The position numbers and the translations under genes are program-made. Shown here in pieces: positions 9,284-19,488 of a DNA stretch of 32,000 nucleotides (positions are counted from its first letter, which is position 1; the number at the start of each line of letters is the position of its first letter). Below the pieces are notes generated by a model. That model did not search any database, was not told where the DNA came from, and saw only the letters and a program-made list of their open reading frames with translations. This stretch comes from Synechocystis sp. PCC 6803 substr. PCC-P (GTDB lineage Bacteria > Cyanobacteriota > Cyanobacteriia > Cyanobacteriales > Microcystaceae), in NCBI RefSeq assembly GCF_000284455.1, contig NC_017039.1:990001-1022000 (forward strand). The letters are read 5' to 3'.

Positions 9284-11818
9284 ATGTGGCGTTATCGGTC
9301 ACCCGAAATGCCCCTAACTGAGTCATTCTTGGATCTAATGCTAATTCCTATAATCGGTTTTGGTTTGGCTGTTATTTTATTGATTGGATTTTTTCTGCTC
9401 TATCAGGAAGTCGGCATTTTTAAAAACTTAAAATTCCTCGTTATTCGGAAAAATAACCCCTTTTTTATTCTTGCTTTATTTTGTCTTATTACAGGCTTAG
9501 CTTTAGGATTAGTGGGCTATTGGGGCATTCTAGAACCAAAGCTTGGTGCGGCTGATTTACAAGCCTTAAGACGTAATTTAATCATCTTGAGTTTATTACT
9601 TTTTGGGGTAACGTTTCGTCAATATTTATTTGATTTGATTAAACCCGTTACCACCATGGCAATTTGGCGAAAAATTGGCACTTTTAACTATAAAAATCGT
9701 ATTGCCATTCTTACCTATGTTTTGCTAGGGCTAATTGCTTTGGCTTGGATGGCCCCTATGGCATCGACCAAGATAATTTTCTCCATTAATGACCACACTT
9801 CCCACATCGGCTACATTGTCCAAGGGCGAATGGCCCTAGAGGAAGGACAATTTCCCCTACGGGTGGCCCCTCTAGAAAATTTTGGTTTCCGTTATCCTGG
9901 ATTTCAATTTTATAGTCAACTTCCCTATTTTTTCGGGGCAATAATTTACAAATTTTTGACTCCCACTAATCCCTACACTGCCTATAAAATTTTGCTTTGG
10001 TCTGCCCTATGGTTGGGGGGGATTTTCATCTATCGGGTTGGGTTTTTCTTCACCCGTTCCCAAATTGCCGCTATTTTAGGGGGAGTGACCTATATGTCCG
10101 CCCCCTATTTTCTTAATAATGTCCATGCAAGGGGAGCTTTCACCGAGGCGATCGCCCAGGGAATTTTAGCCATTGTTTTATTTTATGCTATTCAAACTTT
10201 TTACTATCCCCATTATCGCCATTTAATTTTAGGTGCTTTGGCCTGGTGTGCCCTGGGATTAACCCATATTATCACCTTCGTTTACACAACTATTTTTATT
10301 GCTTTATTAGGTGCCATTTTCTTAGTCAAAAATAAGCCTAATCATTGGCAAAAAGGGATTACTTACATTAGTTTGAGCTACATCTGGGCTTGGTTGCTAG
10401 CGCTTTACTTTTTAGCTCCTGTGGCTCTGGAATCTGGCAGTTTAGCCATTCGTCGTCAGATTCAAGCCATTAATCCCTTCAACACTACCGATATTACCCC
10501 GATCGCCAATTTACTAGCCCCCAATTCTCTGCCTCACCAACCAACGGAACTGGGCATTGCCCCTACCTACGGTTTTCATCCCGCTGTCGGTTGGATTCTT
10601 TTGGCTGGCTTTGGCACGGTAATTTACTTTGTTTTTGCTGGCAAATCATTACCTAGGCGTTTATGGCGATCGCAGCCCTGGCTGATTCCTTTGCTGAGCG
10701 TATTTATACTAGCCTTATTTCTTACGTGGAGTCCCGTTAATATTTGGAATCTTTTGCCCCGACAGTTGTGGGTCACCCAATTTACTTTTCGTTTTTTAAC
10801 CCATGTAATGTGGTCCGGGGCACTGCTAACCACACTGGCAATTATTTTAATTTTTCGAGAAAGATTACGCAGTCGTCATTTAATTTTAGGTATTTTAATT
10901 ATTGTCATTGCTAGCCGCCCTTGGTTACCCATACCCCGAGGCACAGTGACAGTAGAAGAATTATTACAAGATCCCCTTTTTCGTTATTCTGGCGCTTTGG
11001 ACTATCTCTATCGCTTACCCAACAAAGCCGTTCCTGTTAACACAAAAGCCCAATCAGCGGTGGAAAAAATATATGGCAAAGCCGAGTTGCAACTTCTCCA
11101 TCCCGATTGGATTCCCGGCTATCTTTCCTGGGATGTATTTATTAATGGCCCCCTACCCATTGACGTTGATATTCCCTATCCTGCCTGGCCAGAAACGGAA
11201 AAACCCACCCTAGTTTTACAGGGTAGAGTTCCCATGGATAAAATTAAAAGCCAAGCTAATTTAATAGTTTTTGTTGATCAACAACCATTAACTTCCATTC
11301 CTTTGACCCAGGAAGAATTAAAAGTAAAAGTTCCTTTCACCGACGTTAAATTCGCTGGCAACGCCTTTGAATTAAAATTTATCGTAGAGGGAGAAACCAC
11401 TGACGGCAATCCTCTTTACATCAGAATGAATCATCTATATTTTGATGATTTTTCCGCCGCAAATACCCTTCTACCTGTCCATGCAACTAAGGAAATGTGT
11501 AACCAAAAGGGAGTTGTGACTAACTGCCCAGTTGAAATGCCCGCAGAGGCTGGCACAGTGCAACTGCCAATTTTGTATTATCCTGCAATGCAACAAGTCG
11601 TGGTAGATAATCAACCAGTAAAAGGATTTTTTACTAATTATCGAGATTTTAATTTACTCAGTCTTAATCTGAGTCCAGGCAAACATCAAATCCAAGTCAA
11701 ATTCACCGGCTTAATCTGGGCAAACTTTATCAGTCTTCTTGCTTGGTTGACATTGATCATTACGGCGATCGCCTTAAAATTCTATCCACGTAAACCGGAG
11801 CAAACAATTTTTAAGTAG
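9284..11818 (+). CDS. Large polytopic membrane protein (YfhO / GT-C-like, function unassigned)
   Basis: 844 aa with many hydrophobic helices in the first two thirds and a soluble C-terminal domain before a last TM; true start may be the internal MLIPIIG methionine. Confidence 0.8.
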   Translation: MWRYRSPEMPLTESFLDLMLIPIIGFGLAVILLIGFFLLYQEVGIFKNLKFLVIRKNNPFFILALFCLITGLALGLVGYWGILEPKLGAADLQALRRNLIILSLLLFGVTFRQYLFDLIKPVTTMAIWRKIGTFNYKNRIAILTYVLLGLIALAWMAPMASTKIIFSINDHTSHIGYIVQGRMALEEGQFPLRVAPLENFGFRYPGFQFYSQLPYFFGAIIYKFLTPTNPYTAYKILLWSALWLGGIFIYRVGFFFTRSQIAAILGGVTYMSAPYFLNNVHARGAFTEAIAQGILAIVLFYAIQTFYYPHYRHLILGALAWCALGLTHIITFVYTTIFIALLGAIFLVKNKPNHWQKGITYISLSYIWAWLLALYFLAPVALESGSLAIRRQIQAINPFNTTDITPIANLLAPNSLPHQPTELGIAPTYGFHPAVGWILLAGFGTVIYFVFAGKSLPRRLWRSQPWLIPLLSVFILALFLTWSPVNIWNLLPRQLWVTQFTFRFLTHVMWSGALLTTLAIILIFRERLRSRHLILGILIIVIASRPWLPIPRGTVTVEELLQDPLFRYSGALDYLYRLPNKAVPVNTKAQSAVEKIYGKAELQLLHPDWIPGYLSWDVFINGPLPIDVDIPYPAWPETEKPTLVLQGRVPMDKIKSQANLIVFVDQQPLTSIPLTQEELKVKVPFTDVKFAGNAFELKFIVEGETTDGNPLYIRMNHLYFDDFSAANTLLPVHATKEMCNQKGVVTNCPVEMPAEAGTVQLPILYYPAMQQVVVDNQPVKGFFTNYRDFNLLSLNLSPGKHQIQVKFTGLIWANFISLLAWLTLIITAIALKFYPRKPEQTIFK

Positions 11819-11893
11819 ATAGATAAATTTGATATGGACTAGTTTGATTAACTCACTGGATGGAGAATAAATTAGCGAGTTGTAGATTTTGTG

Positions 11894-12361
11894 TCAGCTT
11901 GGCATCAGATCAAATTCTTTGATGGCCAGCAGAAAATTACGATTTTCGTGGCCAGCACGACTTAGTTTAATTAAAGCAAATCTTTGCAAAGGAGTCAGGG
12001 ATTGCCATTGAGTCAACGTAATGCCGGAAGATTCCAAAGACGGTAATTTATTATTTAACTCCGTTAATATTTGAGCTGGAATTTGATTGGCATTTAACCA
12101 ATCGGGTAAATCCGGCACTGATAATGTGGAAGCTGGCTTGCCAGTTAATTCCGTTATCCAATTTTGCAGCTTTTCCCCATATTGGCTAACTTCTGTTGGT
12201 GTTTCACAACTAGCTTCAGTCAAATACTGCCTTTGTTCCAAACTCAGTTGATGCCAATGACTTAATTTTAATTTAACGCCACAGGTGTCTAGTTTATAAC
12301 GCACAACCATGGGAATACAGCGGAGGGAATCAACAAAATCAGCTTCAAATTGAAAAAACAT
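11894..12361 (-). CDS. narM: Nitrate reductase-associated protein (NarM-like)
   Basis: 155 aa; FQFEADFVDSLRCIPMVVRYKLDTCGVKLKLSHW and LQRFALIKLSRAGHENRNFLLAIKEF are typical of the family; located near narB. Confidence 0.82.
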   Translation of the reverse strand: MFFQFEADFVDSLRCIPMVVRYKLDTCGVKLKLSHWHQLSLEQRQYLTEASCETPTEVSQYGEKLQNWITELTGKPASTLSVPDLPDWLNANQIPAQILTELNNKLPSLESSGITLTQWQSLTPLQRFALIKLSRAGHENRNFLLAIKEFDLMPS

Positions 12362-12431
12362 TGTTATTGTTACAGGAAAATCAACTTAGTTTTTAATGCT
12401 AACATTGGATGTTGAGCGAGGATATAATTCA

Positions 12432-12872
12432 ATGCCTTCACCTAGCACTTACCACAGCGATTTCTATGCCTGGACAAAAGAGCAAACTGAAATACTACGT
12501 AACCAGCAATGGCATAAACTAGATTTAGAAAATTTGATTGAGGAAATAGAGAGCTTGGGGAGACAACAGCGTCAGGAATTAAGAAATTGTCTAGCAATTT
12601 TGCTTGGTCATCTCCTCAAATGACAATACCAATCAGAGCAAAGAAGCCGCAGTTGGCTGGCAACAATTCGAGTACAAAGACGGGATATTTTAAAGTTGAT
12701 TAAGGAAAATCCTAGCTTAAAAACCTATTTATCAGAGGCTATCTCAGATGGCTATGATAATGGCAGGGATCTAGCAATGGGAGAGACCAACTTGCCGGAA
12801 GAAACATTTCCTCAACAATACTCATATATTCCTGACCAAATTTTAAGCTTAGATTTTTATCCTGACAATTAA
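12432..12872 (+). pseudogene. DUF29 family protein interrupted by in-frame TGA at 12621-12623
   Basis: Frame reads MPSPSTYHSDFYAWTKEQTEILRNQQW...LAILLGHLLK-TGA-QYQSEQRSRSWLATIRVQRRDILKLIKENPSLKTYLSEAISDGYDNGRDLAMGETNLPEETFPQQYSYIPDQILSLDFYPDN-TAA with no frameshift. Full length with the TGA read through is 146 codons. Confidence 0.85.
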
Positions 12873-12887
12873 TTGCTTATTGTTTGA

Positions 12888-15032
12888 TTAAACTGGTGTA
12901 ATATTAACGGCGCAGGCTTTTAATTCCGGTTGTTTAGAAATAGGGCAAGCAGTGGCATGGGTCAAACTATTAACTTCAGCATTATCGTCCCACAAAAAAC
13001 CCCAGTGCATGGGCATAAAAACCGTACCGGGGGCAATGGCTCTAGTAACTAGAACTTCTAGCTGAGCAGAACCCCGTCGAGATTTAATCGCAACTAAATC
13101 CTGACTTTTAATACCCAATTTTTCTGCGTCCTTGGGATGCATTTCCAATATAGGTTTGGGATGCATTTTTTTGATTTTCTCAATGTGGCCAGTGCGGGTT
13201 TGGGTATGCCAATGACCATAAAGACGACCATTGGTGAGGACAAAAGGATAGTTTGGATCGACCGGCTCAGCTAATCCCCGACTGTGGTCTAAGCAAAAGT
13301 TTGCCCGACCATTTTCTGTGCAAAATTTATAGTCGGTGTAAAGTCTTTTAGTTGATAAAAGTTGACTTTCTTGATCTGATTGACGACAGGGCCATTGCAG
13401 CGGCCCCAGCTTTTGCAACTTTTCATAACTGACACCAGATTGGTCACATAATCTTTCAGCAGTTAGTTGCACATATTCCCGATGTACTGCGGCTGAATCA
13501 ACAAAATTAAATTGATTTTCAAAACCTAATCTACGTCCTACCTCAGCAAAAATTTCCCAGTCGGGTCTTGCTTCCCCAGGAGGAGAGCGAAACGCAGGAG
13601 AAAGGGTAACTCTCCGTTCTGAATTGGTCATTGTGCCAGTTTTTTCGCTCCATTGAGCTGCTGGCAATAACAAATGGGCGTATTCTGCCGTTTCAGTGGG
13701 GGAATAGGCATCCTGATGAATCGTAAAAGTTGATTGTTGCAGAGCCTTTTTAACCCTTTCTAAATCAGGCATACTAACAACAGGGTTAGTCGCCACAATC
13801 CATAGGAAACCAACCTGTTGATTTTCCAATCCCATGAACATTTCCCAGGCTGATAAACCTGGTTCTGGATTAATACGGCCAGGGGAAATCTGCCAAAGTT
13901 GTTCTACCTCTTGGCGGTGTTGAGGATTTTTAATTGAACGATAGCCAGGCAACAGATGGGACAATCCCCCTGCTTCCCGACCCCCCATGGCGTTGGGCTG
14001 ACCAGTGAGGGAAAAAGGTCCACTGCCTGGTTTCCCAATCTGACCAGTGAGTAAATGGAGATTAATTAAACAACGACCTTTAGCTGTGCCTTGAAAAGAT
14101 TGATTCATTCCCATGGACCAAAGGGAAAGCACTGTTTTGGCATTGCCCCAATAGTGAGCGGCGGTTTCTAATTGTTCTAAACTAATGCCACAAATTTGGG
14201 TAACTTTTTCCGGGGGATAATGATCAATAACTTGACAATACTGCTCAAAATCTTGGGTGTGATTATCAATAAATTTTTGATCAATTAAATTCCACTTTTT
14301 TAGCAAATAGGCAATGCCATGGAGTAAAGTAATGTCACTGCCAGGATTGATCGCTAAATGTAAGTCCGCAACTTCTGCGGTGGCAGTACAACGGGGGTCC
14401 ACCACAATTAATTTAACGTGGGGATTTTGTTTGTGGTGTTTGCGTAAACGATTAAAAATAATGGGATGGCAGTCCGCTGTATTAGTACCAATTAAAAAAG
14501 CGCAATCGGTTATTTCTAAGTCTTCATAACAGCAAGGCGGACCATCGGAACCAAAGCTTAGGCTATAGGCAGACACAGCCGAAGACATGCAAAGACGAGA
14601 ATTGGTATCAAAATTATTGGTACCCAAACAACCTTTAAATAATTTTTGGGCCACGTAGTAATCCTCTGTCTGCATTTGCCCAGAGGCGTACATACATAAA
14701 CCACTTACCCCCAAAGTTTGTTTAACTTGCTGAATTTTATCAACAACAATTTCTAGGGCTGCTTCCCAACTAATTTGTTGCCACGGCTGATCTAAACTTG
14801 ACCGAAACATGGGGTAAAGTAATCGCTGTTTATCCATGGATTCCATTACGGTAGCTCCTTTGACGCAGACCATGCCTTGGCTGGAAGGATGCTGGCGATC
14901 GCCTCTAATTTTATGGGCATGACCGGCATCAACTACCGACTTTTGGGGACTAGCAACAGCCTCCAAACCACAACCAACTCCACAGTAAGGACAAAGGGTT
15001 CTGGTGGTGGGAAGAATAGCTGGTGAATCCAT
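12888..15032 (-). CDS. narB: Ferredoxin-nitrate reductase, molybdopterin-dependent
   Basis: 714 aa; [12 protein letters not shown] 4Fe-4S motif, [40 protein letters not shown]-terminal MPMHWGFLW...[22 protein letters not shown]. Confidence 0.96.
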   Translation of the reverse strand: MDSPAILPTTRTLCPYCGVGCGLEAVASPQKSVVDAGHAHKIRGDRQHPSSQGMVCVKGATVMESMDKQRLLYPMFRSSLDQPWQQISWEAALEIVVDKIQQVKQTLGVSGLCMYASGQMQTEDYYVAQKLFKGCLGTNNFDTNSRLCMSSAVSAYSLSFGSDGPPCCYEDLEITDCAFLIGTNTADCHPIIFNRLRKHHKQNPHVKLIVVDPRCTATAEVADLHLAINPGSDITLLHGIAYLLKKWNLIDQKFIDNHTQDFEQYCQVIDHYPPEKVTQICGISLEQLETAAHYWGNAKTVLSLWSMGMNQSFQGTAKGRCLINLHLLTGQIGKPGSGPFSLTGQPNAMGGREAGGLSHLLPGYRSIKNPQHRQEVEQLWQISPGRINPEPGLSAWEMFMGLENQQVGFLWIVATNPVVSMPDLERVKKALQQSTFTIHQDAYSPTETAEYAHLLLPAAQWSEKTGTMTNSERRVTLSPAFRSPPGEARPDWEIFAEVGRRLGFENQFNFVDSAAVHREYVQLTAERLCDQSGVSYEKLQKLGPLQWPCRQSDQESQLLSTKRLYTDYKFCTENGRANFCLDHSRGLAEPVDPNYPFVLTNGRLYGHWHTQTRTGHIEKIKKMHPKPILEMHPKDAEKLGIKSQDLVAIKSRRGSAQLEVLVTRAIAPGTVFMPMHWGFLWDDNAEVNSLTHATACPISKQPELKACAVNITPV

Positions 15033-15076
15033 TAAAATATTGGCAGTTAATTGAAGCGAATTTGATTAGTTGACCA

Positions 15077-15346
15077 CTAATTGACCAAAAGATGAATACA
15101 GTTAATACGATTGGTCGATATTTGATCGCAGTGAAAAACTTTAATAGTTAATTTGTCCTGAGGGCTAGCCCAAAATAATAACTGTTCGCCAGGAAAAATC
15201 AGTTTTTCCTTATTCCAGGTGCCATCAATAATTATCTGCTGTAATTTATTGCCACTATTGCGATAGTAGCAAAGCTGATTATCACTGTCATGGATCGAGT
15301 TGCTAGGAGGTGAGAGGGAATGATCAAAGTTGTTAATAACTGACAT
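15077..15346 (-). CDS. DUF1830-like small protein (ORF can extend to 15394)
   Basis: LCYYRNSGNKLQQIIIDGTW...KLIFPGEQLLFWASPQDKLTIKV...DQISTNRINC resembles cyanobacterial DUF1830 proteins; the likely start is the internal MSVINNF, the first 16 residues look non-homologous. Confidence 0.7.
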   Translation of the reverse strand: MSVINNFDHSLSPPSNSIHDSDNQLCYYRNSGNKLQQIIIDGTWNKEKLIFPGEQLLFWASPQDKLTIKVFHCDQISTNRINCIHLLVN

Positions 15347-15435
15347 TTTTTTAAAAACTAATAGTAAGTCGACAGTTGGACAAATTGGTGGCAATTAATG
15401 GTAACAACGGCAAAAATTTAGCTAATCCAGATAGT

Positions 15436-16479
15436 TCAAGACCCTTCCATGGATTCCACTGAGGGGGTAGGGCCACCATCACCCTTAGAACCAAAAGTTT
15501 GCACCAAACCAACCCCGACTAAGGCGATCGCCACTAGTCCTAGGGCTCCCGCCATAACTTTTTTGAATAGCAAACCGGGATTGGGTTTATCTTCTTTGAG
15601 GTCATCATCATCGTCATGGGCATAACGGTGAAAGAGAAAATCAAGGGCATAATTCCGCAGTTGATAATATTTTGGATCATCGGTAATTTGACTGCGGTTG
15701 CGGGGACGGTCAAAGGGAATATCTAAAATTTCACCAATTTTGGCGCTGGGGCCATTGGTCATCATCACTAGGCGATCGGCGAGGAATAAAGCTTCGTCAA
15801 TGTCGTGGGTAATCATCAACACGGTCAGATTATTTTCCCGCCAAATTTTTAATAACTCTTCCTGCAATTCCTCCTTAGTAATGGCATCCAAAGCCCCAAA
15901 AGGTTCATCTAAAATTAACACTTCTGGGGAAATAGCTAAGGCTCTGGCGATCGCCACCCGTTGTTTCATACCCCCGGAAATTTGCCCAGGTTTTTTCTGA
16001 GCCGCTTCCGTTAAACCCACCATTTCGAGGTAATGGGCTACCAATTCTTCTTTTTCCGTTTTAGATTTATCTGGGTAAACCGATTCCACCGCCAGGGAAA
16101 CATTATCATAGGCAGATTTCCAAGGCAGTAGGCAATAATTTTGGAAAACCATCATTCGGTCAGGGCCCGGGGCAGTAATTAACTGATTTTTCAGCTTAAC
16201 CGTGCCTTGGGTGGGTTGATTAAAGCCCGACACCATATTTAAGAGGGTAGATTTACCGCAACCGGAATGGCCAATGATGCAAATAAATTCCCCTTCTTTT
16301 ACCTCTAAGTTAACCCCATCTAAAACCGTATAGGGCCCCTGGGCAGTGGGATAAACTTTACTGACATTTTCAATGGCTAAAAAAGCGGTTTTTTCTTCGG
16401 TCAGGATAGGGTCATTGACATTCATTGTTTGCATGACATTTAGAAGAATAGATATTTCAAGGTTAAAAAGAGGCGACAA
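15436..16479 (-). CDS. nrtD: Nitrate/nitrite ABC transporter ATPase NrtD with atypical C-terminal extension
   Basis: 347 aa ORF (probable start MQTMNVND or nearby); GHSGCGKSTLLNM Walker A, ISGGMKQRVAIARAL signature, LILDEPFGALD Walker B; last ~60 aa are extra. Confidence 0.95.
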   Translation of the reverse strand: MSPLFNLEISILLNVMQTMNVNDPILTEEKTAFLAIENVSKVYPTAQGPYTVLDGVNLEVKEGEFICIIGHSGCGKSTLLNMVSGFNQPTQGTVKLKNQLITAPGPDRMMVFQNYCLLPWKSAYDNVSLAVESVYPDKSKTEKEELVAHYLEMVGLTEAAQKKPGQISGGMKQRVAIARALAISPEVLILDEPFGALDAITKEELQEELLKIWRENNLTVLMITHDIDEALFLADRLVMMTNGPSAKIGEILDIPFDRPRNRSQITDDPKYYQLRNYALDFLFHRYAHDDDDDLKEDKPNPGLLFKKVMAGALGLVAIALVGVGLVQTFGSKGDGGPTPSVESMEGS

Positions 16480-16488
16480 AAAGCTGAT

Positions 16489-18501
16489 CTATTGATTAAC
16501 TTGATCAATTTGGTCGATGAGAATTTCTGTGACTTGAATATCCCGGTGAATGGTGAAACGTTTAATGTAACCAAGGGGATCATTCGGGGTGAAAACCATG
16601 CCATCAAACAGGGAAACATTGTGGTGATCACCTTCTAAATCTGGCCACCCTAAATGGCGACAGGCTTCCCCAAATAGGTCAGGACGGCGTACCCGTTCAA
16701 TAATTTCCACCCAGTTTTTAGGAAAATCAATGTAACCCCAACGGGCTAATTGGGTCAGAATCCATAACCCTTCACTGCGGGAGGGATAGTTAGATTGCTT
16801 GACATAAAATTGATTGAAGTCCAGCAACATTTCCGCTTCTGCGTCATTTCCTTGATCATATTCAGTCAAAAAGCCTGGACTGATATATTCCGTGGAGGTG
16901 CCGACATATTGAGGCAATGCCAAATAGTCTAGAATTTCTTGGCGATGACGGCGATCGTCACAATATTCACAGGCTTCCAACAGAGCTTTAACCAGGGCTA
17001 AATGGGTGGCTGGATATTTATTGACCCATTCTTCCCGCATTCCTAAAACCTTTTCCGGATGACCGTTCCAAATGTCTAAATCCGTGGCAATAACATAGCC
17101 TAAATTCTGTTTAACAGCATAGGAATTCCATGGTTCCCCCACACAAAAACCGTCAATATTGCCAGCTTCTAAATTAGACACCATTTGGGGCGGTGGTAGG
17201 CGCATTAAATTAATATCTTGGTCTGGATCAATACTGCCAGAAGCAAGCCAATACCGCAGTAACAGATTTTGCATAGATGCGGGGTGAACCATGCCCAGGG
17301 TGGAAACTTGATCGGGAGTTTCTGCTAGCTTTAACCGTAAATCTTCGAGGGTTTTAACCCCCGCTTCAGCAAACTTTTTGCTGAGGGTAATGGCATTGCC
17401 GTTGCGACTCATCACCATGGCCGTAACCATGGGTAAAGGGGTTTTCCCCCCCATGCCTAGGGTTAGAGCTAGGGGCATACCCGCTACCATTTGGGCTCCG
17501 TCTAACCGTCTTTCCCGAATGCCGTCGGCGATCGCCTGCCAACTGGGTTCTTTCACCAGGTTAACTTGCTCTAAACCATGCTTTTGGAAGAAACCTTTCT
17601 CTTTGGCTACCACTAACGGGGCGCAATCGGTGAGGGGGATAAAACCTAAGTCCAGATTGATTTTTTCCAGGCCATTGCCCCCCATGGCCTCGGCAAACTG
17701 ACTGACCGCCCCAACTTTTTTAGCCCGTTTTTGTTGATTGAGGAAATAAACCATTTCCCCCCGCAGGGCGTAGTAACTGGGATGGTTGACCACTTCCAAA
17801 CGGTGACGGGGTCGAGGAATGGGCACTTCCAAAATTTGCCCAATGTGGGCTTCGGGCCCTGTGGTTAACATCACCACCCGGTCAGAAAGTAACAATGCTT
17901 CGTCCACATCATGGGTGACCATAATGCAGGTTACGCCACTTTCTTGGACAATTTCCATTAACCGTTCCTGGAGATTCCCCCGGGTTAAAGCATCCAAAGC
18001 CCCAAACGGTTCATCCAATAATAAAACCTTAGGACGGGTCGATAATGCCCTGGCGATCGCCACCCGCTGTTTCATGCCCCCGGACAATTCCCCCGGTCGT
18101 TTATGGGCTGCCCGTTGTAACCCCACCAGGGCAATATTGTCGTCAATAATTTTTTCTTGTTCTGGTTTGGGCAGATCCCGCAGAACTCGATTCACAGCCA
18201 GGGCGATATTTTGTCGCACCGTCAACCAAGGCAACAGGGAGTAGTTTTGAAACACCACCATCCTTTCAGGGCCAGGCTCGGTGATTTCTTTCCCCTCCAT
18301 GATGACCCCGCCAAAGGTGGGCTTATCTAGCCCAGAGATCATGTTCAACAAGGTAGACTTGCCGCAGCCAGAGTGACCAATCAAGGAAATAAATTCTCCC
18401 TGACTAATTTTCAGCTCAATGTTTTTGAGGGCAATGTAACGCCCCCCGTCGGGGAGGGGAAAAATACGGTCAACATGATCAATTTCAATGAAGGGCATCA
18501 T
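16489..18501 (-). CDS. nrtC: Nitrate/nitrite ABC transporter NrtC: ATPase fused to NrtA-like solute-binding domain
   Basis: 670 aa; N-terminal ABC ATPase (GHSGCGKSTLLNMISG, LSGGMKQRVAIARAL) plus C-terminal binding domain (CVGEPWNSYAVKQNLGYVIAT). Confidence 0.97.
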   Translation of the reverse strand: MMPFIEIDHVDRIFPLPDGGRYIALKNIELKISQGEFISLIGHSGCGKSTLLNMISGLDKPTFGGVIMEGKEITEPGPERMVVFQNYSLLPWLTVRQNIALAVNRVLRDLPKPEQEKIIDDNIALVGLQRAAHKRPGELSGGMKQRVAIARALSTRPKVLLLDEPFGALDALTRGNLQERLMEIVQESGVTCIMVTHDVDEALLLSDRVVMLTTGPEAHIGQILEVPIPRPRHRLEVVNHPSYYALRGEMVYFLNQQKRAKKVGAVSQFAEAMGGNGLEKINLDLGFIPLTDCAPLVVAKEKGFFQKHGLEQVNLVKEPSWQAIADGIRERRLDGAQMVAGMPLALTLGMGGKTPLPMVTAMVMSRNGNAITLSKKFAEAGVKTLEDLRLKLAETPDQVSTLGMVHPASMQNLLLRYWLASGSIDPDQDINLMRLPPPQMVSNLEAGNIDGFCVGEPWNSYAVKQNLGYVIATDLDIWNGHPEKVLGMREEWVNKYPATHLALVKALLEACEYCDDRRHRQEILDYLALPQYVGTSTEYISPGFLTEYDQGNDAEAEMLLDFNQFYVKQSNYPSRSEGLWILTQLARWGYIDFPKNWVEIIERVRRPDLFGEACRHLGWPDLEGDHHNVSLFDGMVFTPNDPLGYIKRFTIHRDIQVTEILIDQIDQVNQ

Positions 18502-18575
18502 AGTTAGTCCGGGGGTGACAAATCAAAAATTGAGAACTAGTAGCTAGGAAAAACGGCCTTCCTATGGATGTTTGG

Positions 18576-19439
18576 TCACTTTTGCTCCGCTGGGACCACT
18601 AAACTTTCCAGAAAAGCGATAAAACGATCTAGCAATAAACCGACAATGCCCACATAAATTAAGGCAATAATGATTTCACTGATCAGGGAGCTGTTATAGG
18701 CATCCCAGATAAAAAAGCCAATGCCCACACCACCAATCAGCATTTCCGCTGCCACGATCGCCAACCAGGAAAGACCAATGCCAATGCGTAGGCCAGTGAA
18801 AATGTAGGGCACTGCTGCCGGGAATAGAATATTGAAAAAGTATTGGCTTTTGGAGAGTTTTAGAACCCGGGAAACATTCCGATAATCCTGGGGAACCTGT
18901 TGAGCTCCCACCGTGGTGTTGATGACGATGGGCCAAATTGCCGTAATGAAAATAACGAAAATGGCCGAAGGCTCTGCTTCCTGCAAAGCCGCCAGAGCAA
19001 TGGGCAACCAGGCCAAGGGAGGAATGGTTCTTAGAACCTGAAAAATTGGATCGAGGGCATCATACATAAATTTGCTACTACCAATTAAGATGCCTAGGGC
19101 AATGCCCACCACCGCCGCCGCACTGAAGCCCACTGCCACCCTGGTTAAACTGGCAAAAATTTGGATGCCTAAACCCTTGTCTGTGCCACCATTGTCAAAA
19201 AAGGGATTGAGAATTAAAGGATAGGTTTGTTCTAAGACCTGCACGGGACTGGGCAGATTAGAACCTTCTCCGGAGCAGAGAATCTGCCAAACCACCAACA
19301 AAACGGCGATCGCCACGGCGGGACGAATAACCTTGGGACTGTAAATGAAACTGAGGGGATTTTTCTTGCGGCGGGGACGGAGCCCAGCGGTGGAACTAGC
19401 CATAATTTTTACCAAAAATAGTTGATTGAACTGCAGCAA
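18576..19439 (-). CDS. nrtB: Nitrate/nitrite ABC transporter permease NrtB
   Basis: 287 aa; hydrophobic permease; IFIIT-type TM helices, INTTVGAQQVPQDYRNVSRVLKLS and GLSWLAIVAAEMLIGGVGIGFFIWDAYN EAA-type region. Confidence 0.95.
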   Translation of the reverse strand: MLQFNQLFLVKIMASSTAGLRPRRKKNPLSFIYSPKVIRPAVAIAVLLVVWQILCSGEGSNLPSPVQVLEQTYPLILNPFFDNGGTDKGLGIQIFASLTRVAVGFSAAAVVGIALGILIGSSKFMYDALDPIFQVLRTIPPLAWLPIALAALQEAEPSAIFVIFITAIWPIVINTTVGAQQVPQDYRNVSRVLKLSKSQYFFNILFPAAVPYIFTGLRIGIGLSWLAIVAAEMLIGGVGIGFFIWDAYNSSLISEIIIALIYVGIVGLLLDRFIAFLESLVVPAEQK

Positions 19440-19488
19440 TTACAAAAGTCAAGGGGGTACTTTTCCCCAGGGGGCAAATCACTGGGAA

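Noticed and set aside
17378-18244. Plus-strand ORFs of 107 and 141 aa
   Set aside because: Antisense to nrtC; similar spurious ORFs appear antisense to nrtD at 15698-16000, reflecting the shared ABC ATPase sequence.
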